Shown: positions 19,579 through 30,183 of the stretch, piece by piece
Layout: every line of letters begins with the position of its first letter
Numbering within the stretch: the first letter of the stretch is position 1
Assembly (NCBI GenBank): GCA_003697105.1
Contig: RFFQ01000096.1
Location: 1 to 36,529, forward strand
Length of the DNA stretch: 36,529 bases
Source: Gemmatimonadota bacterium
GTDB lineage: Bacteria > 4572-55 > J002
Reading direction: 5' to 3'
Notes under the pieces: model-generated
Database searches by the model: none
What the model saw: only the letters and a program-made list of their open reading frames with translations
Told to the model about the DNA's origin: nothing
Program-made: the position numbers and the translations under genes

Positions 19579-20784
19579 ATGGCTAAAGGTGTTTTTGAGC
19601 GGACAAAGCCCCACGTTAATGTTGGAACTATTGGGCACGTTGACCATGGTAAAACTACGTTGACCGCCGCAATTACGTTGGTACAGAGCAAGAAAGGTCT
19701 AGCTGAAGTTCGGGAATTCGGTTCCATTGACAAGGCGCCAGAAGAGCGTGAACGGGGTATTACGATTGCCACAGCTCACGTGGAGTATGAAAGTGAAAAG
19801 CGGCACTATGCGCACGTGGATTGTCCGGGTCACGCAGACTATGTGAAAAACATGATTACCGGGGCCGCGCAAATGGATGGTGCAATCTTGGTCGTTTCCG
19901 CCGCGGATGGTCCGATGCCGCAAACGCGGGAACACATCCTGTTAGCGCGTCAGGTGAACGTACCCTATATTGTGGTTTTTCTGAACAAAGTGGATATGGT
20001 TGATGACGAAGAACTCTTGGAATTGGTTGAGTTAGAAGTTCGGGAACTTCTCTCCCAGTATGACTTTCCGGGGGACGACTTGCCTGTCATCATGGGTAGT
20101 GCATTGCAAGCCATGGAAAATCCCGAAGATGAAGAAAAGACGAAGTGCATTCAAGAACTCATGGATGCATTAGATAGTTACATCCCTGAACCTGAGCGTG
20201 ATGTGGACCGCCCGTTCTTGATGCCCATTGAAGACGTTTTCAGCATTTCGGGTCGAGGTACTGTGGGTACCGGTCGAGTCGAACGGGGTATTGTTAAAGT
20301 GGGGGATAAGCTTCAACGCGTTGGTATTAGAGAAACCATTGATGTGGTGGTTACGGGTGTGGAAATGTTTAATAAGTCCATGCAGGAAGCCCAAGCAGGT
20401 GATAATATCGGTCTTCTGCTTCGGGGTATTAAGAAAGAAGATTTGGAACGCGGTATGGTTCTGGCGGCGCCGGGTTCAGTCACACCCCATACTAAATTCA
20501 AAGCTGAGGTTTACATTTTGACCAAAGAAGAAGGTGGGCGTCATACACCATTCTTCCGGGGTTATCGGCCTCAATTTTTCTTCCGTACCACTGATGTGAC
20601 GGGTTCTATCGTTAATATTACAAGCACTGATGCCGGTGAAGTTGAAATGGTGATGCCCGGGGATAACGTCCGGATGGAAGTGGAACTGATTACCCCGATC
20701 GCGATGGAAAAAGAACTTCGTTTTGCAATTCGCGAAGGTGGACGTACGGTTGGTGCTGGAGTTATTACCGATATTATCGAATAA
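19579..20784 (+). CDS. tuf: elongation factor Tu
   Basis: [33 protein letters not shown]; strong SD AAGGAGG. Confidence 0.99.
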   Translation: MAKGVFERTKPHVNVGTIGHVDHGKTTLTAAITLVQSKKGLAEVREFGSIDKAPEERERGITIATAHVEYESEKRHYAHVDCPGHADYVKNMITGAAQMDGAILVVSAADGPMPQTREHILLARQVNVPYIVVFLNKVDMVDDEELLELVELEVRELLSQYDFPGDDLPVIMGSALQAMENPEDEEKTKCIQELMDALDSYIPEPERDVDRPFLMPIEDVFSISGRGTVGTGRVERGIVKVGDKLQRVGIRETIDVVVTGVEMFNKSMQEAQAGDNIGLLLRGIKKEDLERGMVLAAPGSVTPHTKFKAEVYILTKEEGGRHTPFFRGYRPQFFFRTTDVTGSIVNITSTDAGEVEMVMPGDNVRMEVELITPIAMEKELRFAIREGGRTVGAGVITDIIE

Positions 20785-20795
20785 AAACGTATTCC

Positions 20796-20852
20796 GAAAA
20801 CTGGGTTGTTGGCATGCGGCGTCGTATTAAGGCAACCCAGTTTTCTTCTCTT
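20796..20852 (+). terminator. long hairpin plus U-rich tail between tuf and rpsJ (terminator/attenuator or processing site)
   Basis: 13-bp perfect stem GAAAACTGGGTTG/CAACCCAGTTTTC extended by inner pairs, followed by TTCTCTT. Confidence 0.6.
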
Positions 20853-20876
20853 ACGTAAGATTGAAGGTGTAAGCTG

Positions 20877-21182
20877 ATGCAACAGAAAATACGAATCCGA
20901 CTAAAAGCGTATGACCATCGTGTTTTAGACCAATCAACCGCCGAGATCGTGAATACCGCTAAGCGAACGGGTGCACGGGTTGCCGGACCGATTCCCTTAC
21001 CGATTAAAAAGACGGTCTACACGGTCAATCGCTCTCCGCATGTGGATAAAAAAAGCCGGGAACAATTTGAAACGCGAATCCATAAACGATTGATTGATAT
21101 TCATGACAGTAATCCTCAAACGGTAGATGCGTTGATGAAATTGGAGCTACCGGCAGGTGTGGATGTGGAAATCAAAGTTTGA
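20877..21182 (+). CDS. rpsJ: 30S ribosomal protein uS10
   Basis: [25 protein letters not shown]. Confidence 0.98.
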   Translation: MQQKIRIRLKAYDHRVLDQSTAEIVNTAKRTGARVAGPIPLPIKKTVYTVNRSPHVDKKSREQFETRIHKRLIDIHDSNPQTVDALMKLELPAGVDVEIKV

Positions 21183-21220
21183 GCATCGATGACATTTATT
21201 TAGGATGAAGGTTTAGAATT

Positions 21221-21844
21221 ATGCTAGGTTTAATCGGGAAAAAATTAGGAATGACCCAAGTCTTTGATGAGTCGGGTTTTTTGGTGCCTGTGACGGCGAT
21301 TGAGGCTGGTCCGTGTGACATTGTGCAGATAAAGACGCCTGAAAAAGAAGGGTATTCTGCACTCCAGTTAGGATTTGGGAAGCGGCGTGAACGGTTATTT
21401 AATAAGCCAACGAAAGGTCACTTTTCCAAGGCAAATGTCAAACCTCGTCCGGTTCTGAAGGAGTTTCGGGTAGATTCTGTTGAGGAATATGAGGTTGGTA
21501 CGCAAATTTCCGTTGATATTTTCGAGACGGGTGAGCGCGTTGATGTTACGGGTACCTCTAAAGGTAAAGGTTTTCAGGGTGTTATCAAGCGCCATAACTT
21601 CCATCGAGGTCCCAAAACGCATGGTTCTCATTCTTACCGTCGAACCGGATCCATCGGTGCTTCCGCAGACCCTTCTCGAGTAGTAAAAGGGAAAAAAATG
21701 CCGGGTCGAATGGGGAATAAACGCATTACCGTAAAGAATCTGGAAGTGGTTAAAATTGATACAGAGCGAAATATAATTTTGGTTCGGGGTGCAGTGCCCG
21801 GTGCGATCAATAGTTATATTATGATAGCAAAGCATAAGAAATAA
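21221..21844 (+). CDS. rplC: 50S ribosomal protein uL3
   Basis: GKKLGMTQVF, SKGKGFQGVIKRH, KKMPGRMG. Confidence 0.98.
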   Translation: MLGLIGKKLGMTQVFDESGFLVPVTAIEAGPCDIVQIKTPEKEGYSALQLGFGKRRERLFNKPTKGHFSKANVKPRPVLKEFRVDSVEEYEVGTQISVDIFETGERVDVTGTSKGKGFQGVIKRHNFHRGPKTHGSHSYRRTGSIGASADPSRVVKGKKMPGRMGNKRITVKNLEVVKIDTERNIILVRGAVPGAINSYIMIAKHKK

Positions 21845-21862
21845 GCAGAGGAAGAGGTTGTA

Positions 21863-22489
21863 ATGTCCACGGTTACCTATAAGAACAGTTCTGGAAGCAA
21901 TGTTGGTGAGATGTCCTTGGATGCGCGTATTTTTGATGTAGAACCCAACATTCATTTGATGTATGAAGCTGCAAAAATGTATCTGGCGAACCAGCGTCAA
22001 GGTACAGTCGATGTGAAGAGCCGGTCATTTGTCTCTGGGACAACCAAAAAGCCGTTTCGGCAAAAAGGTACCGGGCGGGCACGTCAGGGGAGCCATAAAG
22101 TTCCACATTTTAGAGGTGGAGGGATTCCTTTTGGACCGAGTCCTCGGGATTTTAGTTACTCCATACCGAAAAAGATGAAACGGCAGGCATTATTCTCTGC
22201 GCTTTCGGCGAAACGTCAAGATGGTGAGATGATCTTTTTGGATGAGTTTACGGTTGAGGCGCCGAAAACGCGATTAGCTCGTAATGTGCTCCGTAATTTA
22301 GGCATAGATGATAAAAAAATTCTGGTAGTCACGGATGGAGAAGACCGGAACGTCTATCTCGCGTGCCGAAATCTCCCGAATGTAAACGTCATTCGTGCTC
22401 AAAATTTGAATACATACCATGTGTTGAACTGCGAGGTTGTCCTGATGACACGAAAAGCGGTGGAACGTGTGGAGGAGGTCTTTGGTTAA
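21863..22489 (+). CDS. rplD: 50S ribosomal protein uL4
   Basis: RQKGTGRARQGS, FGPSPRD. Confidence 0.98.
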   Translation: MSTVTYKNSSGSNVGEMSLDARIFDVEPNIHLMYEAAKMYLANQRQGTVDVKSRSFVSGTTKKPFRQKGTGRARQGSHKVPHFRGGGIPFGPSPRDFSYSIPKKMKRQALFSALSAKRQDGEMIFLDEFTVEAPKTRLARNVLRNLGIDDKKILVVTDGEDRNVYLACRNLPNVNVIRAQNLNTYHVLNCEVVLMTRKAVERVEEVFG

Positions 22490-22490
22490 A

Positions 22491-22790
22491 ATGAAATCCA
22501 TTTATCAAATTATTAAACGACCTATTATCACCGAAAAAAGTACAATTCTTCGGGAAACAGGACACCAATATACGTTTGCCGTAGACCCGCGGGCAAATAA
22601 GATTCAAATCAAGCAAGCGATTGAGCAAATTTTCGATGTGCATGTGACGGATGTTCGGACGGCTAAAGTTCATGGCAAACCGCGCCAACAGCGTCCGTAT
22701 CGTGCCGGTCATGCCCCAGATTGGAAAAAAGCGGTTGTAACACTTCATCCTGAAAGTAAACCCATTGATATCTTTGAAGAAGTTGGTTAG
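22491..22790 (+). CDS. rplW: 50S ribosomal protein uL23
   Basis: IKRPIITEKS, ANKIQIKQAIE, DWKKAVV; ATG 22491 follows the rplD stop. Confidence 0.96.
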   Translation: MKSIYQIIKRPIITEKSTILRETGHQYTFAVDPRANKIQIKQAIEQIFDVHVTDVRTAKVHGKPRQQRPYRAGHAPDWKKAVVTLHPESKPIDIFEEVG

Positions 22791-22812
22791 AAACGACATA
22801 AGGTAGGAAACT

Positions 22813-23649
22813 ATGGCGATCAAGAAATATAAACCTACAAGTGCGGGACGTCGCTGGGCGAGTTCACTCACTTTTGATGACATCACTTCAACCGTACCGG
22901 AGAAGTCTTTATTGCGTCCGATAAAAAAGACCGGTGGGCGTAATAATAATGGCCGGATCACCTCTCGACATCGTGGCGGGGGGCACAAACGCAAATATCG
23001 GGTGATCGATTTTAAACGAACCAAAGATAATATCCCAGCAAAAGTGGCTTCCATTGAATATGACCCGAATCGGACCGCGAATATCGCTCTATTGCATTAT
23101 GTCGATGGTGAAAAGCGTTATATTTTAGCTCCAGTGGGGTTAAAAGTTGGTGAATTTGTCATGAGTGGGTCCGAGGCCGATATCAAGATTGGTAATTGCT
23201 TACCCTTACGAGATATTCCCCCGGGAACTTTGGTTCATAATATTGAACTCCAACCGGGACGGGGGGGTCAAATTGCGCGCAGTGCCGGTTCCGCGGCGCA
23301 GTTGGCTGTAAAAGAGGGTCGGTATGCCTTACTATCCATGCCTTCTGGCGAAGTTCGGCGGGTTTTGTTGGATTGCCGGGCGACTGTGGGTCAGGTGAGT
23401 AACGCGGATTGGGCAAACGTCCAATTAGGTAAAGCAGGTCGTGCACGATGGTTAGGAAAGCGCCCCCATGTACGCGGCGTGGCTCAAAATCCCGTTGACC
23501 ACCCGATGGGTGGTGGTGAAGGACGTTCCAGTGGGGGTCGCCATCCGGTATCACCTTGGGGTAAACCGGCTAAAGGTGGGAAGACCCGCCGTAAAAAACC
23601 GTCTGATAAATTGATTGTCCGAAGTCGAAAAGCTAAAAACCGTTCATAG
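22813..23649 (+). CDS. rplB: 50S ribosomal protein uL2
   Basis: [28 protein letters not shown]. Confidence 0.99.
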   Translation: MAIKKYKPTSAGRRWASSLTFDDITSTVPEKSLLRPIKKTGGRNNNGRITSRHRGGGHKRKYRVIDFKRTKDNIPAKVASIEYDPNRTANIALLHYVDGEKRYILAPVGLKVGEFVMSGSEADIKIGNCLPLRDIPPGTLVHNIELQPGRGGQIARSAGSAAQLAVKEGRYALLSMPSGEVRRVLLDCRATVGQVSNADWANVQLGKAGRARWLGKRPHVRGVAQNPVDHPMGGGEGRSSGGRHPVSPWGKPAKGGKTRRKKPSDKLIVRSRKAKNRS

Positions 23650-23676
23650 TTTGACTCTAATTGAGGTATTGTTTCG

Positions 23677-23961
23677 ATGCGTTCGATTAAAAAAGGTCCA
23701 TATATAGAGAAGAGCTTGCTCAAAAAAGTCGAGGATATGAATAAGCGGAATGAGCGCAAAGTCATTAAGACATGGTCGCGCCGTTCAACCATATCCCCGG
23801 AATTTGTAGGGCATACGTTTGCGGTGCATAACGGCAATAAATTTATCCCGGTGTATGTGTCGGAAAATATGGTGGGACATAAATTGGGCGAGTTTGCGCC
23901 AACTCGTACCTTTCGAGGTCATGCGGGCAAAAAGGCTGAAAAGGGTTCTAAAGTTAGGTAA
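23677..23961 (+). CDS. rpsS: 30S ribosomal protein uS19
   Basis: [21 protein letters not shown]. Confidence 0.98.
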   Translation: MRSIKKGPYIEKSLLKKVEDMNKRNERKVIKTWSRRSTISPEFVGHTFAVHNGNKFIPVYVSENMVGHKLGEFAPTRTFRGHAGKKAEKGSKVR

Positions 23962-24005
23962 ATCGATTAATCTAAGGAACTATGCAGGTATTGGAGAGTC
24001 GTTTT

Positions 24006-24353
24006 ATGGAAGCGAAAGCTACAACGCGGTATGTTCGTATCTCTCCGCGAAAGATGAGACAGGTCATTGATTTGATTCGGGGTAAAGATGTTGAATCCGC
24101 GTACCAGATTCTACGGTTTACACCGAAGCGTGCGGCATATCCGATCTATAATACGCTCCGATCCGCGGTCAGCAATATTGGGAATATTGCTGATGCCAGT
24201 GGGGTGGAAGTTGAAGATTTGTATGTCAAAAAAATCTTTGTAAATGAGGGTCCTACGTTTCGAGGCCGGTTTCGTCCTCGGGCAATGGGACGTGCGACGC
24301 GGATTCGTCGTCGGACATCACATTTAACCATAGTTGTTGCAGAGAAGAACTAA
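24006..24353 (+). CDS. rplV: 50S ribosomal protein uL22
   Basis: RISPRKMR, RPRAMGRA, RTSHLTIV; SD GGAG before ATG 24006. Confidence 0.97.
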   Translation: MEAKATTRYVRISPRKMRQVIDLIRGKDVESAYQILRFTPKRAAYPIYNTLRSAVSNIGNIADASGVEVEDLYVKKIFVNEGPTFRGRFRPRAMGRATRIRRRTSHLTIVVAEKN

Positions 24354-24368
24354 TAGGAGGTATTTCCG

Positions 24369-25019
24369 TTGGGTCAAAAAACACATCCGATCGGACTTCG
24401 AGTTGGTGTTATCAAAACCTGGCAATCCCGCTGGTTTAGCGAGAGAAATTTTGCAAACTTGCTGGAAGAAGACCAGACGATCCGAAAATATATCAAAAAT
24501 CGACTCAGCCGAGCCAGTGTCTCGAAAATTGATATTGAACGGACGGTGAACCGGGTGAGGGTTACTATCCACACTGCCCGACCGGGAATTGTGATTGGTC
24601 GTCGGGGTGCAGAAGTCGATAAGCTTCGGGATGAATTGAAACATCTGACCGGCAAAGATGTCCATATTGAAATTAGCGAAATTAAGAAAGCAGAATTGGA
24701 TGCACAGTTGGTCGGTGAAAGTATTGCCCGTCAGTTAGAAGGACGTGTTGCTTATCGCCGTGCAATGAAAAAAGCGGTTTCCGCTACCATGCGGGCGGGG
24801 GCAGAAGGGATTCGCGTCGCCTGTTCTGGGCGCCTCGGTGGTGCAGAAATGGCTCGGCACGAAGGCTACCGTGAAGGACGGGTTCCGTTGCATACTCTTC
24901 GGGCCGATATCGATTACGCCTCGGTAACGGCATATACAACCTATGGTACTATCGGTGTTAAAGTATGGATTTTTAAAGGTGAAGTGTTGGGTACGGAAGG
25001 TTCATTACCTTCTGCATAG
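24369..25019 (+). CDS. rpsC: 30S ribosomal protein uS3 (TTG start)
   Basis: [33 protein letters not shown]. Confidence 0.98.
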   Translation: MGQKTHPIGLRVGVIKTWQSRWFSERNFANLLEEDQTIRKYIKNRLSRASVSKIDIERTVNRVRVTIHTARPGIVIGRRGAEVDKLRDELKHLTGKDVHIEISEIKKAELDAQLVGESIARQLEGRVAYRRAMKKAVSATMRAGAEGIRVACSGRLGGAEMARHEGYREGRVPLHTLRADIDYASVTAYTTYGTIGVKVWIFKGEVLGTEGSLPSA

Positions 25020-25064
25020 TTCCGATCTATAGTTGCGATGATATATTAAGGGAGTACTGGACAA

Positions 25065-25484
25065 ATGTTAATGCCGAAGCGTGTAAAACGACGGAAACAA
25101 CAGCGAGGAAATCGACGCGGTAAAGCCTACCGGGGCTCTACCATTTCATTTGGAAGTTACGGCTTACAGGCGCAGGAAGCGGGATGGATTACAAGTCGCC
25201 AGATTGAAGCGGCGCGTATTGCACTAACCCGTAAGATTCGGCGAGGCGGTAAAATCTGGATTCGTATTTTCCCAGATAAACCGATTACCCTCAAGCCCGC
25301 TGAGACTCGAATGGGGAAAGGTAAAGGAAACCCGGAATATTGGGTGGCTGTTGTGAAACCCGGACGAATTATGTTTGAAATGGAAGGTGTCGGCGTTGAT
25401 CTTGCCCGGGAGGCAATGCGACTCGCATCCTTTAAATTACCGATCAAAACAAAGTTTATTGTTCGTGAAGGAATAGAAAGTTAA
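25065..25484 (+). CDS. rplP: 50S ribosomal protein uL16
   Basis: [15 protein letters not shown]. Confidence 0.98.
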   Translation: MLMPKRVKRRKQQRGNRRGKAYRGSTISFGSYGLQAQEAGWITSRQIEAARIALTRKIRRGGKIWIRIFPDKPITLKPAETRMGKGKGNPEYWVAVVKPGRIMFEMEGVGVDLAREAMRLASFKLPIKTKFIVREGIES

Positions 25485-25495
25485 GAGGTTTGGTG

Positions 25496-25711
25496 ATGCG
25501 TGCTGATGATTTACGGGAATACACCGTGAGCGAACTGGAAGATCATATCCACGATTTAGAAGAAAATTTATTTTCGTTGAGAATGCAGCATGGTACTGGT
25601 CAACTGGATAATACCGCAAAGCTTGCGCAGGTTCGGAAAGATTTGGCTCGGGCAAAAACGGTGCTGAGAGAACATCAACTGGGAATTCGGACTCTGGCAG
25701 GACACAATTAA
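25496..25711 (+). CDS. rpmC: 50S ribosomal protein uL29
   Basis: [26 protein letters not shown] 25496 lies 7 nt after GAGG. Confidence 0.95.
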   Translation: MRADDLREYTVSELEDHIHDLEENLFSLRMQHGTGQLDNTAKLAQVRKDLARAKTVLREHQLGIRTLAGHN

Positions 25712-25731
25712 AGCTTGACAAGGAGAAAGTT

Positions 25732-25983
25732 ATGCGTGGACGGCGAAAAGTCCGTACAGGGACTGTCGTAAGTGATAAAATGGATAAAACCGTTGTCGTG
25801 AATGTCGAACGTCGCGTGCAACACCCGTTGTATGGTCGAATCGTGAAACGGTCAAAACGGGTCAAAGTACATGATGAGCATAATCAGTGCGGGATCGGAG
25901 ACCGGATTCGTATTATGGAGACGCGACCTTTGAGCCGGGATAAACGCTGGCGTCTTGTCGAAATTATCGAAAAAGCCAAATAA
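25732..25983 (+). CDS. rpsQ: 30S ribosomal protein uS17
   Basis: [20 protein letters not shown]. Confidence 0.98.
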   Translation: MRGRRKVRTGTVVSDKMDKTVVVNVERRVQHPLYGRIVKRSKRVKVHDEHNQCGIGDRIRIMETRPLSRDKRWRLVEIIEKAK

Positions 25984-26008
25984 TTGCTTTCTGAGGAGAT
26001 GACCTACG

Positions 26009-26377
26009 ATGATTCAATCCAATACTTATTTGAATGTCGCGGATAATTCCGGCGCAAAACGTGTACAATGTATTACGGTCTTAGGTGGAACACGGCGCCG
26101 GTATGCCCGTATTGGTGATATTATTACCGTGGCAGTAAAAGACGCGCTTCCGAATGCGAATATCAAAAAAGGTGACGTCGTTCGGGCGGTTGTGGTACGG
26201 ACACGAAAAGAAATCCGCCGGAATGATGGCTCGTATATCCGTTTTGATGATAATGCGGCGGTGATTATTAACGATGCTAAAGAACCAAGAGGTACCCGTA
26301 TTTTTGGTCCGGTGGCACGTGAACTCCGCGAAAAAAAGTTTATGCGCATCGTTTCGTTGGCTCCAGAAGTTATCTAA
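26009..26377 (+). CDS. rplN: 50S ribosomal protein uL14
   Basis: [25 protein letters not shown]. Confidence 0.99.
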   Translation: MIQSNTYLNVADNSGAKRVQCITVLGGTRRRYARIGDIITVAVKDALPNANIKKGDVVRAVVVRTRKEIRRNDGSYIRFDDNAAVIINDAKEPRGTRIFGPVARELREKKFMRIVSLAPEVI

Positions 26378-26397
26378 TGTTATAGGTGAGGTGTGTG

Positions 26398-26778
26398 ATG
26401 CATATTGTTAAAGGTGATACGGTTCTGGTTATTTCAGGAAATGATCGGGGTAAAACCGGTAAAGTGCTTAAAGTCTTGCGGAAAGGTCGCAGTCGATGGC
26501 AACGGAATAAACGCATCCGGTCTTATGCTAAGGAGCGTTTAGTTGTGGTTGAACATGTGAATTTTATCAAACGCCACACGCGTAAAAATATGTCTCAGGC
26601 AATGCCCGAAGGTGGGATTTTGGAACGGGAAGCTCCAGTCCATATCTCAAACTTAATGCTTGTGTGCCCCAATTGTGGTGCCCCAACCCGTGCCGCTTCA
26701 CGTGTGTTAGATAATAATGAGCGAATCCGAATCTGCAAAAAATGCGGTGATGATATTCCGAAACCACAAAATGCCTAA
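26398..26778 (+). CDS. rplX: 50S ribosomal protein uL24 with a basic insertion and a C-terminal CxxC...CxxC
   Basis: KGDTVLVISGNDRGKTG (KOW), EAPVHISN. Confidence 0.96.
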   Translation: MHIVKGDTVLVISGNDRGKTGKVLKVLRKGRSRWQRNKRIRSYAKERLVVVEHVNFIKRHTRKNMSQAMPEGGILEREAPVHISNLMLVCPNCGAPTRAASRVLDNNERIRICKKCGDDIPKPQNA

Positions 26779-26800
26779 GTTGAAGGAGGTACGGTGAGAT

Positions 26801-27349
26801 ATGAGTGTGCCGCGTTTAAAACATCATTATCAAGAGACGGTATTGCCCGCTTTGACAAAAGAGTTTGGGTATAAAAACGTCCATCAAGTTCCTAAAATTG
26901 AAAAAATCGTCTTAAATATGGGTGTAGGAGAAGCCACGGATAATCCAGCAATGCTGGATGCAGCGGTTGAAGACCTCTCGATTATTACAGGACAAAAGCC
27001 TAAAATCACAAGAGCTAAAAAGGCGATTGCCAGCTTTAAAATTCGAGAAGGGAACCCCATTGGGTGCAAAGTGACTTTGCGAGGTGCCCGGATGTATGAA
27101 TTTCTGGACCGATTTATCAGCATTGCTATCCCGCGAATTCGTGACTTTCGGGGAATTCCACGTAAATCGTTTGACGGTCGTGGCAATTTTTCAATGGGTG
27201 TCACCGAGCAAATTATCTTTCCTGAAATTGATTATGACCGTGTCAAGAAAATTCGAGGTATGGATATTACAATCGTGACGACAGCAGAAAGTGATGCGGA
27301 AGCATTTGCCCTGTTGCGTGAACTAGGAATGCCATTTCGTAAAGCGTAA
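26801..27349 (+). CDS. rplE: 50S ribosomal protein uL5
   Basis: [23 protein letters not shown]. Confidence 0.98.
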   Translation: MSVPRLKHHYQETVLPALTKEFGYKNVHQVPKIEKIVLNMGVGEATDNPAMLDAAVEDLSIITGQKPKITRAKKAIASFKIREGNPIGCKVTLRGARMYEFLDRFISIAIPRIRDFRGIPRKSFDGRGNFSMGVTEQIIFPEIDYDRVKKIRGMDITIVTTAESDAEAFALLRELGMPFRKA

Positions 27350-27368
27350 CTAAAGTGAGGAGTTTCAA

Positions 27369-27554
27369 GTGGCTAAAAAGTCGATGATCGCCAAGCAGAA
27401 ACGAAAACCTAAATTTTCCACTCGCCAGTATAACCGTTGCCGTCAATGTGGGCGACCGCGAGCATATATGCGTAAGTTCGGTATTTGCCGCATCTGTTTT
27501 CGGGAAATGGCGTTGGAAGGATTAATTCCAGGCGTGACCAAATCGAGTTGGTAG
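27369..27554 (+). CDS. rpsN: 30S ribosomal protein uS14, type Z (zinc-binding, 61 aa, GTG start)
   Basis: [20 protein letters not shown]. Confidence 0.97.
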   Translation: MAKKSMIAKQKRKPKFSTRQYNRCRQCGRPRAYMRKFGICRICFREMALEGLIPGVTKSSW

Positions 27555-27605
27555 TTCTCGTTTCGTTTTTCTGAAATTTTAATTTTTTGTGGAGGTAGCT
27601 TCGCT

Positions 27606-28004
27606 GTGTCGATGACAGACCCTATTGCAGATATGTTGACCCGAATTCGGAATGCACTACATGCGAAACATCGCAGAGTGGATATTCCGTCATCTAAACT
27701 CAAAAAGAGTATCGCCAAGATTTTAGTAGAAGAAGGCTATTTGGATGCGGTAAAATATGTGGAAGATGGCAAACAAGGTACGATTCGGTTGTATCTGCGC
27801 TATGACAAAGATGAGCAGAGTGTTATTCGTGGCTTGCAACGTGTCAGCAGACCCGGATTGCGCAAGTATGCCGGAAGCAAAAGTATCCCTCGTGTTCAAG
27901 GTGGCTTGGGTATCGCTATTGTTTCAACGTCCGATGGGGTGCTGGTAGACCGGGATTGCCGGAAGAAAAATGTTGGCGGCGAAGTCTTGTGCTATGTTTG
28001 GTAA
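27606..28004 (+). CDS. rpsH: 30S ribosomal protein uS8 (GTG start)
   Basis: [29 protein letters not shown]. Confidence 0.98.
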   Translation: MSMTDPIADMLTRIRNALHAKHRRVDIPSSKLKKSIAKILVEEGYLDAVKYVEDGKQGTIRLYLRYDKDEQSVIRGLQRVSRPGLRKYAGSKSIPRVQGGLGIAIVSTSDGVLVDRDCRKKNVGGEVLCYVW

Positions 28005-28020
28005 TAATTAGGAGAATATT

Positions 28021-28563
28021 ATGTCTAGAATAGGAAAACTCCCCATCACCATACCAAGTGCCGTTAATATTTCTATTAAAGACCATGTTGTGACGGTGAA
28101 CGGTCCCAAAGGCGAACTTACTCGTGCCTTTTCGCCGGAAATGATAATTGAGATGGAAAATGGAACCCTCTCTATCCGCCGTCCGTCGGATTCCCCCTCC
28201 CATAAAGCATTACATGGGTTGACACGCTCGCTATTGGCAAATATGGTAGAAGGGGTGACCAATGGTTTTTCTAAAAAGTTGACGATCATTGGCGTTGGCT
28301 ATCGAGCAGAGCTTTCTGGAAAATCGTTAACTCTCCGGTTGGGCTATTCTCATCCGATTACCGTTGAACCGCCAGAAGGCATTACGTTTAGTGTAGATAA
28401 AAATGGTACCGAGATTGTTGTTTCAGGTTCGGATAAGGAAGTTGTCGGACAAGTGGCGGCGAATATCAGAGGGCTACGACCCCCGGAACCGTATAAAGGC
28501 AAAGGGGTCCGTTACGAAAATGAAAATGTTCGTCAAAAAGCGGGTAAGTCCGGTAAGAAGTAA
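28021..28563 (+). CDS. rplF: 50S ribosomal protein uL6
   Basis: MSRIGK, GVGYRA, RPPEPYKGKG. Confidence 0.98.
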   Translation: MSRIGKLPITIPSAVNISIKDHVVTVNGPKGELTRAFSPEMIIEMENGTLSIRRPSDSPSHKALHGLTRSLLANMVEGVTNGFSKKLTIIGVGYRAELSGKSLTLRLGYSHPITVEPPEGITFSVDKNGTEIVVSGSDKEVVGQVAANIRGLRPPEPYKGKGVRYENENVRQKAGKSGKK

Positions 28564-28604
28564 TCGTCTCTGGTGTTGTCCAGAGCTTGGTGGAGGCTTT
28601 ATAA

Positions 28605-28979
28605 ATGGAAACTATGAGTAAAAAGCGTCGGTTGGCTCGGGCGGTTCGCCGTCGCCGTGTTCGTAAAAAAGTCATCGGTACGGCAGAACGTCCACGCTTG
28701 AATGTATTTCGTAGTAGTAAGCATATCTATGCGCAATTGATCAATGATAAAAATGGTACGACGTTGGCATCTGCCTCGACATTATCAGAAGATGTTCGAT
28801 CTCAAGTCACCGCAGAAATGAAAAAGTGTGAACGCAGTAAACTCGTTGGGAAAGCAATTGCTGAACGAGCACGCTCCAAAGGAATTACCGCAGTGACGTT
28901 TGATCGAAATGGGTATGTGTATCATGGGCGGATTCAAGCGTTGGCGGAAGGTGCCCGCGAAGCCGGTTTGGAATTCTAA
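28605..28979 (+). CDS. rplR: 50S ribosomal protein uL18
   Basis: [20 protein letters not shown]. Confidence 0.98.
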   Translation: METMSKKRRLARAVRRRRVRKKVIGTAERPRLNVFRSSKHIYAQLINDKNGTTLASASTLSEDVRSQVTAEMKKCERSKLVGKAIAERARSKGITAVTFDRNGYVYHGRIQALAEGAREAGLEF

Positions 28980-29003
28980 ATTAGGTAAGAAAGGAGCAGA
29001 TCG

Positions 29004-29516
29004 TTGCAACGGGATCGAAATATGAATGCAGAAGGCATGGACCTCATGGAACGCGTTGTGGCTGTAAACCGATGTGCCAAAGTGGTGAAAGGTGGACGAC
29101 GCTTCCGTTTTAATGCAATTGTTACGGTTGGAAATGGCAACGGTGTTGTCGGAATTGGTTTAGGGAAAGCCAACGAAGTAGCCGATGCGATCCGAAAAGG
29201 GACAGAAGACGCTCGCAAGAACATGATCCGGATACCCCTCGTTAAAGGCGGTACGATTCCGTATCGTATCGTCGGTAAGTATGGTGCCGGAAAGGTATTG
29301 CTCAAACCGGCCGCAGATGGCACCGGCGTAATTGCCGGTGGTGGGGTTCGGGCCGTATTAGAAGTGGCTGGGGTGAAGAACATCTTGACAAAGAGTTTAG
29401 GTTCAAATAATCCGCACAATATTGTGAAGGCAACTTATACGGCACTCAAAAACTTGCGTTCTGCATCTGAAGTTGCAAAAGCGCGAGGCAAGAAGGTCGA
29501 AGAGATTTATAGCTAG
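29004..29516 (+). CDS. rpsE: 30S ribosomal protein uS5 (probable TTG start)
   Basis: [33 protein letters not shown] 7 nt before the TTG. Confidence 0.97.
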   Translation: MQRDRNMNAEGMDLMERVVAVNRCAKVVKGGRRFRFNAIVTVGNGNGVVGIGLGKANEVADAIRKGTEDARKNMIRIPLVKGGTIPYRIVGKYGAGKVLLKPAADGTGVIAGGGVRAVLEVAGVKNILTKSLGSNNPHNIVKATYTALKNLRSASEVAKARGKKVEEIYS

Positions 29517-29544
29517 TCTGTTTGTAGAGATAGGGTAGATAATT

Positions 29545-29739
29545 ATGATGCTGAAAGTGACTCAAGTTAAAAGTGTGATTGGTCGTCACACAAAACAAAA
29601 ATTGACCATGCAAGCGTTAGGTCTGCGGAAGATAAATCAAACGGTACTCCATCATGATACGCCTCAGATCCGTGGAATGCTGGATAAAGTTCAACACCTG
29701 GTTTCGGTAGAGGAGGTCGAAGACGATGCAATTGCATGA
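29545..29739 (+). CDS. rpmD: 50S ribosomal protein uL30
   Basis: KSVIG, ALGLRK, IRGM. Confidence 0.96.
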   Translation: MMLKVTQVKSVIGRHTKQKLTMQALGLRKINQTVLHHDTPQIRGMLDKVQHLVSVEEVEDDAIA

Positions 29740-30181
29740 TCTAAAACCGGCAAAAGGCGCGGTTCGGAAACGGAAACGAGTGGGTCGCGGACAAGGTTCT
29801 GGAAAAGGTCGGACGGCGGGTCGAGGGCATAAGGGCCAACGCTCGCGTTCCGGTTTCAAAAGCCGTCCCTGGTTTGAAGGGGGGCAAATGCCTTTAGCGC
29901 GGCGATTACCCGGTAAAGGGTTTAACAACAAAAAATTTAAAACCATCTATCAGATTGTCAATGTAGCGGATTTAGCGAATCTGGAAGGTGAGGTGAATCC
30001 TGCTATCTTAAAAGAGCGGGGATTGATCCGTAAAACTACAGTACCGGTCAAAATCTTAGGTGATGGAGACCTTACGAATCCGTTAACTATTACAGCGGCT
30101 GCATTTAGCCGTTCTGCAAAGGAGAAGATTGAAAAAGCCGGTGGTCAAGCGATTGTTCAATCCGCAGGGAGACACAAATAA
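29726..30181 (+). CDS. rplO: 50S ribosomal protein uL15 (overlaps rpmD by 14 nt)
   Basis: [19 protein letters not shown]. Confidence 0.98.
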   Translation: MQLHDLKPAKGAVRKRKRVGRGQGSGKGRTAGRGHKGQRSRSGFKSRPWFEGGQMPLARRLPGKGFNNKKFKTIYQIVNVADLANLEGEVNPAILKERGLIRKTTVPVKILGDGDLTNPLTITAAAFSRSAKEKIEKAGGQAIVQSAGRHK

Positions 30182-30183
30182 AA

